Below are positions 7,461 through 11,863 of a DNA stretch of 11,863 nucleotides, one piece after another. Source of the stretch: Octopus sinensis (Eukaryota); NCBI RefSeq assembly GCF_006345805.1, contig NW_021826851.1:1-11863 (forward strand). Direction: 5' to 3'. The translations under genes were made by a program, and so were the position numbers. A model generated the notes under the pieces. The model was not told the origin of the DNA and ran no database searches. It worked only from the letters and a program-made list of their open reading frames with translations. The number at the start of each line of letters is the position of its first letter. The first letter of the stretch is position 1.

Positions 7461-9435
7461 AAATCTTCAAAATTTCCCCTGTGATTTCAAACTTCCTGAA
7501 GCACAATATGTCGTTGTGGAATACGAATCTCCAATTATACCACTCTAATGGAGTACTTGCCTCAGAAAATATAAACATCAACTGTGGAATTTTTCAAGGT
7601 GACTCACTTTCACCTTTAATATTCTGCATAGCTCTAATACCCCTTACAAGTGTATTAAACAGAACAGGGTATGGGTATAAAATTGCCAATAAAAAAATAA
7701 GCCATCTATTTTATATGGATGACTTAAAACTTTATGGTAAAGACAATAATGACTTGAAGGCCTATTGCGCACCGTGAAAGCATTCAGCGATGACATCGGG
7801 ATGGAGTTTGGACTTGAGAAGTGTGCCAAGGCCACTTTCCAGAAAGGGAAAGTGAAGACCACAAATTCAGTCGTGTTAGATGTTGACACAGTCATAAGAG
7901 AGCTTTAGCAAGAACAAACATACAAATATTTAGGGATAAATGAAGGCTCTGGTATTCAGCATGCAAGCATGAAAGAGAAAATCAGGAAGGAATGTTATAG
8001 GAGGGCTCGTGCAGTCCTGAAATCTGAACTAAATGCACGTAACAAGGTGTTAGCTATAAATTCCTTAGCAGTTCCAGTTGTTACTTATAGCTACAATGTG
8101 TTGAACTGGAATATGAGTGAAGTAAAGAATATAGATAGGAAAATACGCAAGCTGCTGAGTTGTAATAGGATGCACCACCCAAAGGCAGACGTAGATCGCC
8201 TTTACCTTCCCAGAGTCCAAGGAGGTCGAGGCCTGATCCAGTTTGAACTAGCTTACAAAACAACCACAATTGGACTGGCCAAATATCTCGAAATATCGAA
8301 TGACTAGATGCTAAAGCTCGTGGAAAATCACGAGAGACGAAAGAAGCTTCATTCTATCATAAAGGAAAGCAAAAAATTTGCTATTCATCTCGTGCAGGAT
8401 ACCCAAACTGAACAACCCGAGGGAAGTACGGCAACTATTGTTGCAAAGAAGGTGAAAATGATGGCAATGAAAAAAGCGCACGAGCAATTGGCTGATAGGT
8501 AGGAGAAGAAACCTCTGCACGGCAAATATGTGACCCGCAGCAAACAAGCTGATGTTGACCAGAAGCAAACCCATCAGTGGCTACGGAGCTCAGGGCTAAA
8601 AGCAGAGAGCGAAGGTTTCATCCTGGCTGCTCAAGATCAAAGCCTATTAACCCGGAACTACCAGGCCAATGTGATGAAAAATGGAGCAGATCCAAAATGC
8701 CGATTCTGCAACGACATGATTGAAACAGTGGACCACCTAATCTCTGGATGTAAAGTCTTAGCACCAGTGGAGATAAATTAAGACATGACAGAGTTGGCCA
8801 ATATCTCCACTGGCTAATAAGTCGGCATTACAATATCAAAACTGCCGACAAGTGGTATAATCACCACCCTGAGGCTGTAACTGAAGGAGAAAATGTAACC
8901 ATTCTGTGGGACTTTCCAGTACATACAGACCGAACCATCAAGGCCAATAAACCAGATATTGTTGGGAAAGACCAAAACAATAAAGTTTGCTTATTGATCG
9001 ACATGAGCATCCCCTGTGATCATAATATCTCAGCGAAAGAGTTTGACAAGCTCAGAAAATAAAGACCTACTCATTGAAATTGAGAAAATGTGGCATCTCA
9101 AGGCGGTTACAATACCAGTGATCGTAGGAGCACTAGGAATGATCAAGAAGGGAACCGAAAATTATATGAGAATGATCCCTGGCTTACCATCCCTGCAAGA
9201 AGTGCAAAAGATTGTCTTAACTGGTACATCACACGTATTGAGAGAGAGTCGATTGTGAGATGTGAGAACTGTTGCTGCTCATGTATTTTAATTTAAATTT
9301 AAAAAAAAAAAAAATGAACGAACTACTGAGTTTGGTTTAATGGCCTACCAATGTATACTATGAGTTTCTTTGCCCTAGGAGTCGGGAAGACACTCGGCAA
9401 GAAATGGAAGCAAATTTGAAAGAAGGAAAAAAAAA

Positions 9436-9436
<1 letters not shown>
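7461..9436 (+). mobile_element. 5'-truncated R4/Dong-clade non-LTR retrotransposon (copy B)
   Basis: Starts mid-RT directly after (AAT)7. Contains an RT + CCHC + restriction-like endonuclease ORF, then a ~180-nt 3' UTR ending in an A-run and (AAT)n. Confidence 0.9.
7463..9258 (+). pseudogene. Disabled reverse transcriptase / zinc knuckle / restriction-like endonuclease ORF
   Basis: Motifs GIFQGDSLSPLIF, HLFYMDDLKLY, FGLEKC, YKYLG, CRFC..ETVDHLISGC, RHD, and KPDIV...LIDMSIP. Frameshifts near 7753, 8772 and 9058; TAG stops at 7906, 8305 and 8500. Confidence 0.93.
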
Positions 9437-9490
<54 letters not shown>

Positions 9491-9525
9491 TGATGATGAT
9501 GATGATAATAATAATAATAATAATA
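9437..9525. repeat. (AAT)n-(GAT)6-(AAT)n spacer microsatellite
   Basis: Read directly from the sequence. Confidence 0.95.
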
Positions 9526-10393
9526 GAACAGCAACGAACCATGATAAAACGATGGCAAGAAAAGCCCCTCCATGGTAAATACTGGACTAAACTAAACGCA
9601 AAAGAAATAGACAAAGAAAAATCCCAGCAATGGTTGAGAAGCTCAGGACTCAAAGCAGAGACAGAGGGATTTTTAATTGCAGCACAAGACCAAAGCCTCC
9701 CCACCAGAAATTACCAAAAACATGTAATGAAAAGAAATATTACAAGTAACTGCAGAATATGTGGAGATGGACAAGAAACAATAAATCATATTATCTCTAG
9801 CTGCCCAGTCCTGGCTAAGAAGGAATATATTCACAGACATGACAGAGTTGGAACCTACATACATTGGAAGCTATGCCAACATTATGGAATAACAACAGAA
9901 AAAAAGATGGTAGAAAAGGTCACAGAAAACGAGAAAGTAACCAAACTAAGGGATATTCCAATACACACAGATAGAGAAATTAAGGCCAGATATATTTGTC
10001 AGAGATCATGAAGAAAAAAATGCTTTCTAATTGATGTATCAATACCGGCTGATGACAACGTGTCTCTAAAAGAAATGAAGAAACTCTCAAAATACAAAGA
10101 CCTGGAAATAAAGGTAACTAGAATGTGGAATCTGAAAACAGAAACAATTTCTATCAAAGTCGGCGCTTTAGGTATGATAAAAAAATATTCAGACAAATAC
10201 ATAAGAAAAACACCAGGACTTACAAACACATATAACATACAGAAAATTGCACTACTAGGCACTGCACACATCCTACGCAGAACACTTTCCATACAATAAC
10301 CATCAGAGCATCACAACAAATCACAGCACATACCCAAGGCACACAGAGCTGCGCTCGGTAGTGAAGTGAAAGTATGCTATAAAAAATATACTA

Positions 10394-10396
<3 letters not shown>
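9526..10396 (+). mobile_element. Second, divergent 5'-truncated R4/Dong-clade non-LTR retrotransposon (copy C)
   Basis: RWQEKPLHGKY, GLKAETEGFLIAAQDQSL, CRIC..ETINHIISSC, RHD, LIDVSIP, KLSKYKDL, and QKIALLGTAHILRRTL* (stop 10299). Small deletions near 9908 and 9988. A ~100-nt 3' UTR precedes (AAT)n. Confidence 0.9.
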
Positions 10397-10439
<43 letters not shown>

Positions 10440-10460
10440 CAACAACAACAACAACAACAA
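10397..10460. repeat. (AAT)n then (AAC)n microsatellite, right flank of the array
   Basis: Read directly from the sequence. Confidence 0.95.
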
Positions 10461-10542
10461 AAATTCTCAACACTTAAAAATTAGAAAAGCTTAAATATAT
10501 TTAATACAGCTATGTCTCATTTCAATACTGTTACAAGTATAA

Positions 10543-10774
10543 GGCGGGGAGCTTGGCAGAAACGTTAGCACGCCGGACGAAATGCTTAGCGGTATTTCGT
10601 CTGCCGCTGCGTTCTGAGTTCAAATTCCGCTGAGGTCGACGTTACCTTTCATACTTTCGGGGTCGATAAATTAAGTACCAGTTACACACTGGGGTCGATG
10701 TAATTGACTTAATCCCCTTGTCTGTCCTTGTTTGTCCCCTCTATGTTTAGCCCCTTGTGGTCAATAAAGAAATA
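10543..10774 (+). mobile_element. tRNA-derived SINE, family 2 (Nin/Deu-like core), unit 1
   Basis: Head GGCGGGGAGCTTGGCAGAAACGTTAG, B-box-like GAGTTCAAATTCC, core CCTTTCATACTTTCGGGGTCGATAAATTAAGTACCAG, and tail AATAAAGAAATA. Confidence 0.88.
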
Positions 10775-10775
10775 T

Positions 10776-10942
10776 GAAACGTTAGCACGCCGGGCTAAAT
10801 GCTTAGTATGCCGAGGTCAACTTTACCTTTCATCCTTTCGGGGTCGATAAATTAAGTACCAGTTGCGTACTGGGGTCGATGTAATCGACTGGCGCCCTTC
10901 CCCAAAATTTCGGGCCTTGTGCCAAGAGTAGAAAATGATATT
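10776..10942 (+). mobile_element. SINE family 2, unit 2 (internally deleted head, different 3' tail)
   Basis: Repeats GAAACGTTAGCACGCCGG..AAATGCTTAG and the core through CTGGGGTCGATGTAAT, then diverges to CCCTTCCCCAAAATTTCGGGCCTTGTGCC. Confidence 0.85.
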
Positions 10943-11033
10943 ACTACAAGTTTTTGCTAAACATTTTGGATATACACATGGTTTTTTACTGCAGAAATGG
11001 CTAATATCCACAGTAAAACATATCGATATGTGT

Positions 11034-11249
11034 GCAGGAATGGCTGTGTGGTTACGAAAGCCACTTTGCAACCACATGGTTCCGGGTTCAATCCCACTGC
11101 GCGGCACTTTGGGCAAGTGTCTTCTACAATGGCCGACCAATGCCTTGTGAGAGAATTCGATAGACGGCATGCCCGCCCTACATATACATGTGTGTGAGTG
11201 TCTGAGTGTTTGAGTGCGTATGTGTGTAGTTATCTATCTTCTTACCCAT

Positions 11250-11296
<47 letters not shown>

Positions 11297-11510
11297 CAAA
11301 TGTATGTATGTATGCTTTTGTCTGTTTGTCCTCGCCCCCAGCTTATCACCCGTCCCTGTAACCTAGCGGTTCGGCAAAATAGGCCGATAGAGTAAACACC
11401 AAACTTAAAAAGCAGGATAAGTACTGGGGTGGATGTGTTCGACTAAAACAAGGCAGTGCTCCAGCATGACCGCAGTCCAGGGAGTCAATCAAATAAAAGA
11501 AAATAAGAAA
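11034..11510 (+). mobile_element. Full-length-like tRNA-derived SINE, family 1, with internal microsatellite
   Basis: A-box-like TGGCTGTGTGG, B-box-like GGTTCAATCC, internal TG/TA tract at about 11180-11315, and 3' GCAGTGCTCCAGCATGACCGCAGTC with an A-rich tail. Confidence 0.92.
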
Positions 11511-11700
11511 CTATCTCCATTCAATTCCTTTGTTCGTGCAACAGTTTACCTTTCGTAAATCACCCTTTATAAATTTTATTAAATAACCGATGGTTTACCT
11601 AATCGATAACCTATCAAATTATGGCTTTCCTAATCATAGTCTATTTCCAGACGAAGATTCATTTTCTAAGAAATATATCGTATTAACTGAAAATCCTAGG

Positions 11701-11801
11701 TATAAATTAGCATAAATATAAATTAGCATAAATATAAACTAGCATAAATACAAATTAGCATAAATATAAATTAGCATAAATATAAATTAGCATAAATATA
11801 A
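11701..11801. repeat. 16-bp minisatellite (TATAAATTAGCATAAA), 6.3 copies
   Basis: Six full units with only two substitutions (units 3 and 4), plus TATAA. Confidence 0.95.
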
Positions 11802-11863
11802 GACCAGATAGTCTGAAGAAACCTTTTGTCTCACAACTTTTCTCTCCTCTTCTCCTCTTCTAA

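Noticed and set aside
7481-10299. Multiple adjacent plus-strand ORFs as a multi-gene RT system (retron, DGR or defence operon)
   Set aside because: They are collinear fragments of single non-LTR retrotransposon ORFs broken by stops and frameshifts.
11034-11105. tRNA gene
   Set aside because: A/B-box-like motifs are present, but there is no cloverleaf acceptor stem and the sequence continues into the SINE body.
11701-11801. CRISPR array
   Set aside because: The tandem units have no spacers.

Overview
AT-rich eukaryotic (animal) genomic DNA, almost entirely repeats, with no intact protein-coding gene. The SINE families and the density of TA/TG/AAT microsatellites look like an octopus or other coleoid cephalopod genome; this is pattern recognition, not a database result. 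Main content: (i) three copies of one tRNA-derived SINE and a tandem pair of a second SINE; (ii) four consecutive palindromic elements at 1896-3373, including a 549-bp mariner-derived fold-back element with 250-bp arms; (iii) a repeat at about 4440-4600 whose minus strand folds as a minimal type-I hammerhead ribozyme with a non-canonical core; (iv) an array of three inserts in an (AAT)n microsatellite at 6886-10460: a 480-bp non-coding structured insert and two different 5'-truncated, disabled R4/Dong-type non-LTR retrotransposons; (v) short unique islands with candidate exons and RFX/forkhead motifs, and a 16-bp minisatellite. Most entries in the ORF track are microsatellite or antisense artefacts.
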